Assembly (NCBI GenBank): GCA_030704615.1
Contig: CM060733.1
Span: 72,292,001-72,356,000, forward strand
Origin: Takakia lepidozioides
Lineage: Eukaryota > Plantae > Bryophyta
Length of the DNA: 64,000 nucleotides
Direction: 5' to 3'
Under the pieces are notes generated by a model. The model was given only the letters and a program-made list of their open reading frames with translations. It did no database searches and was not told the origin of the DNA. Shown one piece after another: positions 13,006 to 25,679 of this stretch. Made by a program: the position numbers and the translations under genes. How positions within the stretch are numbered: the first letter of the stretch is position 1; each line of letters starts with the position of its first letter.

Positions 13006-16000
13006 ATGGCTCCCAATTCCTACGCTATAGTTTGCTGTCCTCCCCAACTTGGCCGAGCCTGGATCCCAAACGAGGGAGGACTTTGCAGAGTGACTGAAAC
13101 TTACCTTTGTTCCAAATTCAAGCTCAAACCGGGCACAGTTTATTTGGAAGAAGAAAGGAAGGATGTTCTTGGACAGGTTGACGAGACCATTGTCGTACTA
13201 GGTAACGATGGAGGTTGCGGAATCGAGTGGCACGTACCCCCATCAGACACCACCTTGTACCGAGCTGTGGAATGCCCATTCCCTTTCCGAATCAGTCACT
13301 TCCGACACCATCCACAAAGGAGTCGAGAAACCGACAGGCGGCCAGTGCCACCAGAGAGGTATGCAACGATAATCATTCCCGACCTGGACCGTCAAGACCC
13401 TCCATCGCTTCTCGTGTCGAGGTATTCGACATTTCTGACGAGGAAGATGAGTGCATTGAGGTCCCCATGTCCTCCACACGGTCGTTCAAATCCGACATGG
13501 ACGTCTCTGCATGTGCTACGCATGTACCCTCAAGCATAACTCCAACCCGGTCCATTGTGCAGCTCCTACGGCAACATCACCTCGATGGTTCTCGCTCCGA
13601 GCTGGCTGCTCTTGACTATGCCAAATTTCCAGTCAGGAAGGTAACGTATCTGCCTCCCAAAGTCGATGGCAATGTCATCTTCGAGTTTCCACCTGTTACT
13701 TCGTCAAACAAAGCCTCAAGGATGTTAACAGACATGGATCAAAAGCATGACAGACACCCCTGGTGTGTGACGAAGACCAGTAGCACGAAAATTGCTGATG
13801 GTATTCGTGTACGATACGTCCTCTGTGCGGGGGAATTGAGGTGCCTCAATCCCGCCTACTTCCACTTTCTCTCCAAAGGAGGGCGGAGAAACAAGACGGA
13901 TTGGACTGGCACAACCCATCATCCATTCGTTGTCTCCAGCCAAGTTCCTGCGGATACTTTCAAGTGCGCACATTGCAAAGAACCACCGACGTGCATGTCC
14001 ATGTGCAGAGCCAAGCAATATTACGTAATCCATTTGCTCCCGGACTTGACTAGAGCTTGCATACACGATGGGGTCCATTGCCACCCCTTGGTGAGAGGTA
14101 ACATGCGGGAGGCTGTGCAGGAAGCACACGACATCATAAAAGAGGAGGTGAAATTGAGCCCCAGAGCCAGACCAAAGCAGATTCAGCTGAAGGCAGCCCA
14201 CAAGATTGCTCTTGGCAAAATCATGTCTGAAGATGGTTCAGACCGAGTGCCCTTGAACGAAGAGGGATGCTTGACCTGTTGGAGTCCGTCTCGCACGTTT
14301 GTAGTCCGAATGTGCGGAATCACATCGTATCTTGCAAGCAGGAGTTCGGCCGGGGATCGGACATGCACTCAATCCTGGAGGTGAAACATATGACTGGATA
14401 TGACTACATCCAACGTAGCAGGTTTCCAGGGCAAGGCAACGAATCCGATCGTTGTTACATTTTTAAAATGTCGACGTGTGGGCTTGGGAGTGGAGTTGAC
14501 TTGGTCACTGGCATGACAACTGGAAACTTGTCGAATGCTTGGGTGATGTTTGATCACATCAAGCGAATTACAAACCATCAGTGGGTGACTATGGGTGCGC
14601 ATGTTTATGACTGTCACTCCAAGAGTCTCATGACGATTGCAATCTGCGAGATGAAAAGGGAGGACACACAGTCAGAGATGCATCTGTGGGAGGGCATAAA
14701 CAAGCAGATGGCAAGGGCGGATTTGCCAGAGCCCAATTTCAGGGGATTCATGGCAGACAACGCTCAGGCCAACTGGGCAGCGGTGCGGCCTGTGTATGGT
14801 GAGGACCCCAATGTTCCAATGGAGGGGAAAGAGAGATCCTGTGGATTCCATTGGATGCAGAGTCTATCTCACTACACTACCAAATTTGTTGCTAGCTCAT
14901 TCCAGGATGAACACCGTGTCCTTTGTACGACGTAGAAGGATGCACCCACATTTGATGACGCGGAGGTTAAGTTTGCTATCATCGAGGCTTGGTGGAATAC
15001 GTCAGGTGCAGTGAAGACAATCAATCTGGGAGCCTTGCACAGCTGGTTGGGGTGGTGGCATTTCCGGTATCGACAGTTTGGACAGTACATGCGGGAGGTA
15101 TGATGCCAGACTTTTCGTGCAATTGTCGTTCTATTACGGACCTTTGCATTGGTCCCCACCATTGTTTCTGTCCTTGTAGGAGCGGTGCTTGGATTCCGAC
15201 ACAGACATGCCGAACACGAATATGGCAGAATCAGTCCACTCCTCCTGGCGAGCGTCTTCTGCCGCACATCTGGTGGACGTAGTGACGGCCACAACGGATG
15301 ACATCGACAGAACAATCATGCAGCAAGCCACGTACTACAAGTTCCTGAGCGGGAAACAATGGGGCTTTGGGCCGGACAGGGAGGAATTGTTGGTACGAAC
15401 AGCTTCGAGGTCGAAGAATCCACTAAAATGGGTGACAACATTGCGAGAGAAGATCAAAGGGACGCCTCTGCACCGCAGAGGTGAACACCTAGAGGGGGAC
15501 GTCCGTACTCGCCCTGTGAGGCGGAGGATTGAAGAGGAACCCGGGTGCGAAGAGGATTCCTGGAGATCCAACATGAACATTCGGACAGCACCTCGAGGTC
15601 CCGTCATGTTGCCGCACAATGTGTCTTCCAACAGTGGAAGCCCAAGAGTTTCCAGATCGCCATCGCCTTCAAGCGGGGATTCCGTGCAAGAAATTCCCAC
15701 CGCTCGCTTGCCCTAGATTCCGCCCGCTGTTATGCAGTGTGGCCAAGCCATTGTGGAGACGACTGTGTCTGCGTCACAGTGGAGAATTGCTCGCACAAAA
15801 CCGGCGTTTCGAGGCAGGTGTTCCGCAATTCGAGTGGATACACGGCAACGTTGTTTAGAGATGATAAGGAGGAATCCAGATGGGGCTGTCCCTGCTCCTA
15901 CTTTTACAGGAAGATTTGTCCATGCAAAGTTTGCGGAGGCGACAACCACCCAGTTCTGGTTCTGCAGGCACGACATTATGACTTGCGTGTATGGAAAGCC

Positions 16001-16122
16001 CAAGTACGGCATACAAACAATGCCAGAGGCTCCCCCGGTGTGGCCGGTGGAACCAGGCTGTGATCTGAGTCAGGTTGAGGCCGACGCCCTTACTGCCGAA
16101 GGATTTTGGATGGTGCAGCGCA
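13006..16122 (+). pseudogene. Mutator-superfamily DDE transposase with GCM-like zinc finger, copy 1 (frameshifts and stops, SWIM region lost)
   Basis: CAGELRCLN...CAHC...C...HDGVHCHP (GCM/WRKY-like); WVMFDHIKR (D1); FMADNAQANWAAV (D2); SCGFHW (CxxH); PNTNMAESVHS (E); phase-0 GT-AG intron 15098-15179. Confidence 0.82.
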
Positions 16123-17150
16123 GGCGTAACGGCCGTTTCAATCACCATGAAAGAAATCCCTTTTTAGTGCAAGAAGCACGGGATGAACTAGCATGGCTTC
16201 TTTCTCACCTGTACATGTCTGGACTTGACAAGGCTAACAACAATGTATGTTTTATGTGTGTGAAGCACATAAGAACTCAAGCATACCACCGACTGATGGG
16301 TAAAGATTTCAAACCCTGTTATGAAAATGAGGTATGACTTTCAACTGATTCTGTATTGGTAAGCATTTCTGAAGATTTATAGAAGTTGCTACCTGAAATA
16401 CCAGCAATGGCATGTAACCTCCCCTACATGATGGGAATTTACAAACTACACAAAAAGAAGTACTGTTGGATTACCAATGCCCACAATTGTATTTTCAGCG
16501 AACTTGCCTGTCTATTGACACGTGCCACCATGGACCTATTGCCTCTGGTAAAGGAATGGGTCAGGGCACGACTTGATACTTATGAGAATTTTTTCAAAGT
16601 GTCCACTTCCATGTACCGGATAATAGACAACATCTCTGATTTTACTCTGAATCTACCTGCAAAGATCCATGACGTGTTTGTCGCTGACATCACTCAATGT
16701 TACGAAAACATACCTTTGACAGGTGCAGATAATTTGGGTGCCGCCATCGAATACGTGGTTCAGATTGCCTTCCGGCAATACCACATTGCCCACCCTCGAT
16801 CTTTATTTCAGTTCCGGAAATATGATAAGAGAAGGATGCTGCCTTTTTCTTACACACAGTACATCCAGTTCCTTTCTAACCGACCTGTTAATCAGTCTTA
16901 CAATGTGGTGGTCTCCCAGGCTTTCCCTATTCTGTATATTTCCAGCAGCACTGACTTTGCCTGGAATGAATGTTGTGTTCTTATCCAAACCCTTGGGAGG
17001 AATGGTTTCAAGACCAAGAAGCTGGTTCGAATCCTCATTAAGTTCCTGGAACATGGCTCTTTTCCTGGTCTCCACTTCCCGCTACACGAGCTAATCACCA
17101 AGCTCAGAGGTATAATGGATCCACATGACCTTATACATGTCCTCTTTTGA
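16123..17150 (+). mobile_element. Penelope-like retroelement reverse transcriptase fragment, internally deleted
   Basis: LDKANNNVCFMC, YMMGIYKLHK..YCWIT, VADITQCYENIP and YIQFLSNRP resemble PLE/TERT-like RT motifs; the segment expected to contain YxDD is missing. Confidence 0.6.
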
Positions 17151-17459
17151 TTCAAGTGACTGATATGTATTTCCACATGACCGTATACAGGTCCTCTTTT
17201 ATTCATGTGGCTGATATGTATGGTACGGGGAGGAAGTAGGATTTCCAACCCCTTTTGACAATCTTGTCCGGGGATTTGGAACTACTTTTGCAATGGGAGA
17301 AACCTTATGAAGGGGTCTGGTATGCACTCCCTTACGGGGTGAGTGCATACCACACTCACTCCATAAGGGACTGCCATACCAGGGGCTGTTTGGTGGGTGC
17401 CCCCTCTCTCCCTCTGTCTCCCTCCTCGGAATTGGCCGGTTGCATCAGTGTTCTTTTCA

Positions 17460-18090
17460 TGATTTTCCATCTATACCAGATGGACTCTAAACAATGTTTT
17501 CACCCGCCTTATAAAGGTTTTCTATCCATACCGGAAGAATCACCTAGGTGGACACTAAAATACCTCTAAAAAGGACCTATAATTTTTCATTCCTCTTTTA
17601 TTGACTTTCATCTATACCAGATGAGTCACTAGAGAATGAAGAATTACCTCCGTAGGGGTTGTGACACTGGCATCCTATCTATAATTTTTCCATCCAGGCC
17701 GGATGAAAAATACCAGGATTTGAATTCGTTTTATTCCTCATTTATGCTTTTTTTTCCATACTGGATGAGGCTTTTTCTTAAGGGATGATGAATTACCTGT
17801 TAGGATGAGAAACCGATGCCTTGGATGATGTATACTGCTTTTTCATCTTGCTGATGGACCTCCTCCAAATAAATGAACCTATTAATTTTTCATATGAACC
17901 GGATGAAAAAAACAGCTTATGATGGCCCTAGAGAATTGTTTAATTACCCTTAATTATTGCTAATTAAGGAGTGAAACCCTAACCCCTACCCTATAATCTA
18001 TTGTTTAAACCTAGCTTACGGATGACATCCGTCGGGTTTTTGAGTTAAAGGGTGTTGATTATTCATCCTCCGCGGATGAAAAATCTTGCT
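17460..18090. repeat. Degenerate array of TTTTCATCC-N-GGATGAAAA short inverted repeats
   Basis: Examples: TTTTCCATCCAGGCCGGATGAAAAA (about 17685), TTTTCATATGAACCGGATGAAAAAA (about 17887), ATTCATCCTCCGCGGATGAAAAA (18061). GGATGAAAA recurs at 19294-19335. Confidence 0.5.
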
Positions 18091-19510
18091 TTGCCCTAGG
18101 GTGTCTCTCCCGCCGTCAGCTGCACTCCTCGTGCTGCTGTGCTCGCGGGTTGAGAGTTATGGCGTATGAGCTCTGCTGCTACCCTGTCAGCTGCTTCGTG
18201 CGCATGCCGGACGAGGGGGATGCGCAATGGCGGCATCTTGTCTCTTCTCACAGGAGAGAGACCCCGCTGTGATGACATCATCTCTTTCCTTCCTCTGGCT
18301 TTTATGTTTCGCAACGGCGCTTGGGTGGGGAAGTATATCGCTCTCTCTCCCTTCTTAAACCTAGCATTTGTATGCTTCGCTTCTCCTTAGCTGTGCTAGA
18401 GGTGGCTTGTCGGTGGCGATGGCGCAGAGTTACCTTCCCCAATCGCTCAAGGTGCTTTTGGTGATTAGGGTTCATTTTACTTCATGTCTTTCTCTCTTGT
18501 TTTTGGGGTTCTTAGTTGACATCGATGACAAGTGTAGGGGTCTGTGATTCACCTGGGGTTCCACAATCCTCACTAACCCATTGGTTTTTGTGGGGGCTTG
18601 TGATGGAACCAGGTGAGGATCTCTACCTACTTTGAATTCTCTTGAGCTTGCAGATAAGGATGTATGCAAAAGGAACATATTGCTGCTGCCTGTAGCCCCG
18701 ATTTCGGCCCGCTGGCTCCCGGTTTGACATGATGATGCTTGTTTTTTACCTATCTTTTGTTGCTGCTGATGGAACATCTCGGCCTGGCAGCTTTGTCTCA
18801 TGCAGCACAGCATGTGAATCCTACCCTGTCTTGAATCTTTGACAGCTTTGCCTGTGGATTTTTAGACTAGTTTTTTTTTTTTTTTTTTTTTTCCAGCCTT
18901 AAAAGAGGAACCAAATGTCAACGTCATCCAAGTCATCAAGGCCTTCGTCAACATATTTCTCATCGTTGACATTTGGTTCCTCAATTATCTCATTGGCGGT
19001 CCTGGATGACAACAACGGTAATAATCTCATACCTCTGCTGCACCAGGCTGAAGAGCGCTGCGAGGAGGCCTGGGAAGGATCTTCCCACCGCCACAAGCTC
19101 CACGGCATGCGCGTGAGCCCGCAAGCTCCTCTAGCATACATCATTGCAACAATTCACAACAATTCACAAGGATCTCACACAAATGCGCAAACATGCAGCA
19201 AGAATGTAGCAGAGAATGGACATGATGAAGGCTCTGAAACCAAAATGACAGGGGATAAGACATGAAGGCGGGCCTGGAGGACCCCGGAATTGCGGGATGA
19301 AAATCCGTTTTGGATGAAAAGTTGGATGAAAAACAGACATACAGACATATTAAGTAAGATAATGTTCATCTGTCGAAGCAATCTCGCTGCTCCCGCAGCT
19401 CTGATTATTCTCGATAATGCTCCTCCACATTGATATTATCTAATACGTAAAAACCTAGCTAGTGTAGTTTTGGTGGGCTTTAAATAGCATAAACTCCCGC
19501 TTGTCTTGTT

Positions 19511-19838
19511 AGCATCTCCAGGGGGGTCACACCAAACAACCCTACAACGGTAACCTCCGGCGGCCTCCAACACTCGCCTCCCGAACCCCTAACCCCATCA
19601 AATTACCCTGCAAAGGTCATTTTTGCTGACGTACCTTGCTACGGAGGGCCCACTTGGCAGACCCGGCCTTACCCTCACGCCATAAATGCAAGACTGCATG
19701 CTTTTTATTCTCTCCAGCAGGTACCGGCTGGGCTTAGCTGCACGGTATCCTGCACCAAAGTACGGGCCGGGGGTGCGGATACCAGGGCCGGGGGCTTGCC
19801 GTTGCAGGGGCATTTAGGGACCCCCGGTGGAGATGCTC
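19511..19838. mobile_element. PIF/Harbinger (Tourist-like) MITE
   Basis: Terminal AGCATCTCCAGGGGGGTC and GACCCCCGGTGGAGATGCTC followed by TTA; GAGCATCTCCA is a typical Tourist terminus. Confidence 0.7.
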
Positions 19839-21322
19839 TTACGCTGTGGAGCCCATGGGCTGGGCCCGTAATCTCATATTACGGGCAGAGAGGCAGGTAG
19901 TATTCTTTTCACACCGTCTACAATGCAGTTTTTACGTCCTTACGTGAGTTAAAGTCCTGTAACTAGGGCTTTAGGCGAATCAAGGTTCCCACGCCCTTGG
20001 GCTACCGCCCTCGGGCCTATGGAATCTTGAATCGCGTATAGCCCTCGTTGCAGGACTTCACCTAATACAACAAAAATTGTGACGGAGACGGATATTTTCA
20101 TACATTCGTGGACATTGTTGCGCGTGCTGAGAAACAGCTTCCATGGTGGCCCTGCGAAGTAGACACGTTGATTGTTGCACTCTCCCTCCACACCTGCTTG
20201 GAACCTGCAAGAGCAAGATGACGAAGAACAGGTCGGTTGGGCAAGGATCAGGACTGCCCTAGGTGAGAAGTTTACGTTTCTCCTTCCCTCCTTCCACTGT
20301 ATACCCTCAGATTGCAACTCAAACTGATTCGGTCCAAATCCCAGCTGAGGCTGTGTCTATAGCTTCTTCCTTCTGTTTGAGATTCTCTCACTTCGCTTGC
20401 TTCTGTCCCACTTTGCGTGAATTTCGGCTTCAACCCACCTGTTTTTCTCTCTTCTGTTCCCTGCATCTTCCTCTGATTTCATTTGGCATTTGAGGATCTC
20501 TCTGTATCGTTAAGGGATTTTTCTTCTTTTATTACACATTTAGGGTGAGACATCGTTTACCTTGACTCTCGAACCGTCCCTTGATTCGAATTTGACCCAA
20601 GTTACTCTCTTGTGTCTGCGATTTCAACACTTTGTTGCGAGAAGTGTGTTAGTGGATAGCGAAGACTTGCGCCGAATCTCTTCAGTATTCTTCGTACCTG
20701 GTGACTAGCTTTTGACCAGCTGAATAGCTTCATTACTGGGGGAAAGGAAAGAGGGAAGAAGAGAGAAGAAATCTTTTGGCTCTGAGGTGAGTATAGGGGA
20801 CAGGAGTGGAGGCAAGGCTTGAGAGAGGAAGAAATTTGATGGTACTATATTGGAAAGGGACTGTGGGATAATGGGACACTGGAGGACTTCTACAGACCAG
20901 GTCGAGAGTGGGAGGGGAGGGTGGGAGCCCGTTAGAGTTTACTTTCCATAGCCTCGTGCATATAGAAACATGGGAAGGAAGAGTAGAGAGTGACGTAGAA
21001 CTACTGTGGATATACAGTAGTTCCACAACAGAAGACCTAAAAACGTGGGAGAGTGGAACCCTTTACACCTCCCCTCAGCCCTGGCCCATGGCTTCACCTA
21101 CTAGCAGCTTGAGTTCATGGCATAGTGCGGTCCCTTTGAAGTCTAAAGAATTATCTGATTTTATGCATGGTTTGACGAAGGCTCAGGGAAATTTGAACTA
21201 CATTAGGAATGAGGCAAGTATGGACTAACTAATCAAAGCCCAAGGTTATTTTAACGTGGATAACTGCTGAAATAGTGGCTCCTTCATGGTCTGGTGATAC
21301 TGCAGGTAGTGTAGCCCTGGCC

Positions 21323-24300
21323 ATGGAGTTTTTTGAGAGGGCCATAACAGTTTGTATGCAAGGCCACCACGGCAAGTTCCTTTGGGCATCTGATGATTAC
21401 AAGACAGTTTCTCAAGAGAGGGACACTTCCAACAGAGCAATTGTCTGGACAGTAGAACATGTAAGTGGGAGCAATGCAATCCGGCTAAGAAGTTGTTATG
21501 GCCTCTATTTGATGGCCTCAGACCATGCATATTTACTCGGAATGACAGGAAAGAAGGTGGTCCAGAGCCATGCATCCAAGGCTGATTCATTGGTTGAGTG
21601 GGAGCCAACTAGTGAGGGGAGTACGGTCAAGTTGAAGACTAGAGCAGGAAGTTATCTGCGGGCCAATGGGGGTGTTCCACCATGGCGCAATTCGGTGACA
21701 CATGATGTCCCAGTGGCATTTGCCACCTCAGACTGGATTCTTTGGAAGGTTGAGGTTTTGAAAGTCATGCAGCCACAATCCCCGATTGAAGCAGTTCCAC
21801 CACAAGGAAGTGAAGTCGATCTCTCTGTGGTGCTGTACTCCCTTCTCATCTCTCTTCTGTTTGTCAACTGCAATTGTAGATATATGAATTTCGCAAATCC
21901 CTCAGTGAGGTCTTTCATTGTCAGGATCGGAGATGCTGGCAGCTTATCTACATGAAGCTGTAGTTGTGAGGCTGCTTGGTGAGGGCCCCACTTTCTCATT
22001 TACGCTTTCTTTCATCCCATAAGCTCTTTGAGTTCCCGTGGAGATTATAAAATTTGTCGTTCTCTGTCTCTTTTTCAAACTAAAGACCTTTGACATGATT
22101 TGGCAGGCCCCACTTTCTCATTTACGCTTTCTTTCATCCCATAAGCTCTTAGAGTTCCTGCGGAGATAATAAAGTTTTTGTCATTCTTCTGTCTTTTTCA
22201 AACTCTATAAACCAAAACCAATGTGGCTGTTCAGGGTGAGTTTGGCATCCTTCCTTAAGCTCCCGACGAGATGAATTTAAGGTCAGATGGTGGGGTCGGT
22301 TGCAACACATGTCCAACACCAGATACCCTAAGTTAATCGACTCTATATCTTGGAAACAGGACCGCCCTGTCAAACAGGCCAAGTCCTGGCAGAAGAGAGT
22401 AGAAGAGATTCTCAAGGATCTGAATCTGGACCCGCAAGTCTTGACCTTGCTGGATAAATCTGACTTGAGACTGTAGTGTCCAAAGCCATGTCTGTTACCA
22501 GCAAATTCAAATGAAGTTAGGCAGAAAACTTCCCTGAACCTGTTTCCAGTCTGTGACATGGGGGAGGATATCATGGATGACCTCAAGGGTCTACCCACTC
22601 TCAGCACCGGACTGAAATTCAAACTCAGGGCAGGAAGCCTACCTTTGAACAGTAAACAGAAGCAGAGAGGAAAGGGAGAGTGCAATTGCCCGTTGTGTGG
22701 GCAACCCGAAGACAATATTCATTTTCTGATTCACTGTCCGGGGTACTCTCACCAGAGAGAAGCTCTCCTCCAATCTATCAAGAGAATTGTGCCTGTACCT
22801 CTGTTTACCAACTTTGAAAGTCTCGAGGCTGAGCCAAAAGCCCAGGCCCTTCTGAGGCCTAGTTTTTGGGCAAATCACACACAGCAGATTGATGCTTGTG
22901 TGAAGGGATTTCTAGAGGATATCTGGAAAACCCGAATTAATTCTATTTATAAAGGTAAGTCTTACTACCAATGTCAGCCCCTGACAGAGGTAGGTTCTGT
23001 CCCTTTGGTTTCCGCTCAAACTGGGCGCGGGGTCAATGGCCACAAGGCTACGGCAAACAATGTCTTATGAGTACATTCTATAAACCAAAACCCTTTGACA
23101 CGATTTGGCAAGCCAAGAGAAGTCTACTCTGGCAGGGCCAGGGATGAAGAAACAACTAGGTGCAGATAGAACCATGGAGACTGGTTGAATAAACTATTTC
23201 CCAGAAAAGGCAACCCTGAAGGGAGAAAAGGTAATAGCCCCAGACACCAAATTAGAAGCTGGTAGCAGAGGGCCAAGACTAACACCCTAATCAAACCTGG
23301 GAAGGGCAACCCAGACTGGTAGGAGCAGCAAGGGAAAGATGCTGCTTGCACCAGAAGAACACAAAAGCCAGCAAGAATGGCTTCCAATGCATCCTACCAG
23401 TTAATGGGGGGGCTGATGTACCACTTAAGAGTAGATTATGCATAAGATGCCTGTGGCCCACACCAATAGCAAGCAAGGCCTTGCATTCTCCCCTCGCGCC
23501 ACCCATCCCCCCCCCCACCTCCCTCTCTCTGTCTCTGACCTAGAACATAGTTCGTGCACCTCTGTTCACAAACTTTCAAAATCTTGAGGCTGACCCTAAA
23601 GCCCTGTTGGGGGTCTAATTTCTGGGCAGTTCACATACTGTGGATTGATGCTCATGTGAAGGGCTTTCTAGAGGAAATCTGGAAAACCTGAACCAATTGT
23701 TTTTATCAAGGTGTAAGGTCTTATGAGTACATTCTCTTTCTGTCCTAGTACTGCTGCAGTTAGGAATGTGTAAGGGCTTAGTGGTGAGGATAATCAAATG
23801 CTCCCTTAGGTACTTGTCTTTCTCAGTTTGTGAGTCTCAAGATAGGCTCAAAAACTGTGACCCTTGTCTGGTTTGAGTTCTTGGGTGAATTTTGCATTGA
23901 ACTGATTTTGGAGTATTAACTACTCTGGAGCAAAATCTGGCGGCCAGATCAACCTCTTGCAAGAAAGTAGGTCAGCTTTTCCGCTCTGTCCAACCTAGGC
24001 ACAGGTTTTAGATCCGAAGGCTTCTTCAGGGACAGTCTAGTCAGTAAACTTCTAATGTTACTCAAACTGACCTGCTTTCATGTGACACCTTCTCCTTTTA
24101 GTATATTTCTTTAACACATGATTCTGTTTTAATGACCAGGAAAGTGAACCTGTGTCGCCACTGGGAGCTCAGAGTTCATTTGATGACGACCGAACTATGT
24201 TGCCAAGGGTGTCACCAAGAAGGCAAACACCAAATCCGGATGTACGAAGGATCTTCTACACAGTGGCCAACGACACGGGTGAAGCTACAGCCCTTGATGA

Positions 24301-25157
24301 CGATGAGTGGGGCAGCTTTCTGTTCAAAGGCCACAGTCTCAAACATTTAAATGAGCAACTACAGATGGAGACGGGCATTGAGGATGACATTTTTTTGTGT
24401 ACCCGACATCCATTGACTGCCAAGCTATACCCAATGAAGCTGGATCTTCCACCAAACAATGCACCCTTGCATGTGGTACTTGTCAGGGCCTCTTCTTCAG
24501 GTAAAATTCTTTTGTGTCAAAGTAACTCTGCTCCACAAGAAAATGTATGTTTCTGTCTTAATTTTTTTCCATGACTTGAATTGTGGAATATAGTATATGT
24601 CACAAGGCTACAGCAAGCAGAGATTAACATGGGGCTTTCTACTTCTCTCTGTCCCTCATGCTCATGTTTCTCTCCATTGCCCTGTCTCTGACAGCATTTT
24701 ACACAGTTGGTAGCACAAGCCCTGTTTTTTGCAGATTTAATTTTTTGAATGGGTATGAGAAGTTAAAAATTGAATCAAAAGATGCGTGAGGTTGTGATTA
24801 TTTTTACCTTCTAGACAGTGAAGTCCCTTCCAAGTGGACAGAGTCCACTTGGCCTAGAATATTTTTACATTTGCTTTGATTCTGCAAATGTACTTCAATC
24901 TACACAGCTGAATATGATGGAAAGATGTGAATCCTGTTAGTATAACTTGCACTGTTTATTTCAAGGCTAGTTTCAGATACCTTATTGCTCTGGTGCTACA
25001 ACTCCTGTGTTTCAAACCATTTCAATGGACAAGAAATAGAGTGGTTTACATTTTCAGCTAAAATAAGAAAATCTGATTGGTGTATGATTATTGTGCAGCT
25101 GGAAGAACATATTCAAGAAGTCTAAACTTTTGGCAAGGACCTGATGATGATGAGTAG
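21323..25157 (+). CDS. DUF569 (actin-crosslinking/fascin-like fold) protein with C-terminal ubiquitin-like domain; exons 21323-21829, 24140-24500, 25099-25157
   Basis: MEFFERAITVCMQGHHGKFL...YLRANGGVPPWRNSVTHDVP and RRIFYTVAND...KLYPMKLDLPPNNAPLHVV match the plant DUF569 family. Splice phases are compatible. An extra small middle exon cannot be excluded. Confidence 0.88.
21983..22219 (+). repeat. ~122-bp tandem duplication in the DUF569 intron; second unit interrupted by the LINE
   Basis: GGCCCCACTTTCTCATTTACGC... occurs at about 21984 and 22106; the unit tail CCTTTGACAYGATTTGGCA resumes at about 23092. Confidence 0.8.
22220..23076 (+). mobile_element. 5'-truncated non-LTR retrotransposon (same family as 55245-58594) with 16-bp TSD
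   Basis: ORF2 C-terminus KFKLRAGSLPL...CPLCGQPEDNIHFLIHC; family 3' end GTCTTATGAGTACATTCT; TSD TCTATAAACCAAAACC at 22204-22219 and 23077-23092. Confidence 0.9.
23540..23740 (+). mobile_element. Degenerate 3' remnant of the same LINE family
   Basis: CCTCTGTTCACAAACTTTCAAAATCTTGAGGCTGA...GTCTTATGAGTACATTCTCT. Confidence 0.75.
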
Positions 25158-25679
25158 ACACTTTTGGCAAGCGTCTTTGTTAAAATGCACCATCAGCATC
25201 CATCTGGATTGAGTTTGTCAGGTTTGTAGCTTGCAGCAGAACTGGATGTGTAAGATGATAACCACATTCCCGATTGGTTGTCTTTCTTCAGCAATTTTTA
25301 GCTGTCCATGGGAACTTGTGTATGTCATGATTTTTTAAAATTTCGATCCCATATTTTTTATTTTACAAGAAGAAATTAGTAACATGTTCGAATTCATTAC
25401 ACTGCCTCTCTCTGTTATAGGATTAGATGACAAGCCTCGTTGCTGGTTCTGGCTAGTTGATTAGAATAGAAGCATATTGAAGTCACTGTTAGGTGTCTTA
25501 TCATTTCCAGCAAAACTCATGCGAGACGGAAATTAAACCTAGTCACACATCTTGTCCAAGAGTAGCATAGATTCCAGAATGCCTGAAATGAGACTGCCCC
25601 CTTGCTTCATTCATGTATCTCTAATCCTCAACTGTAAAATTACTGAGGAAAACCTCAAAGCTGCAAGTAGGGGCACTCA

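Larger units (their letters stand above)
1..16122. mobile_element. Large Mutator-like (MULE) DNA transposon, copy 1, carrying transposase, ParB-methyltransferase gene and palindrome arrays; left end undefined, right end truncated
   Basis: 2999-16122 is collinear with the reverse complement of about 40463-50607, apart from the array spacers and a deletion in copy 2. Homology stops after ATGGTGCAGCGCA at 16122. The palindrome family continues leftward to about 1590, with a half-site near 131. Confidence 0.8.

Noticed and set aside
17460-17910. Possible hammerhead ribozymes downstream of the Penelope-like RT
   Set aside because: The motifs are CCAGATGA/CCGGATGA rather than CTGATGA with a paired stem II and GAAA; they are better explained as short inverted repeats.
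18870-19144. Poly(T) run next to a short minus-strand ORF, as for a retrocopy
   Set aside because: No recognisable parent protein and no TSD found.
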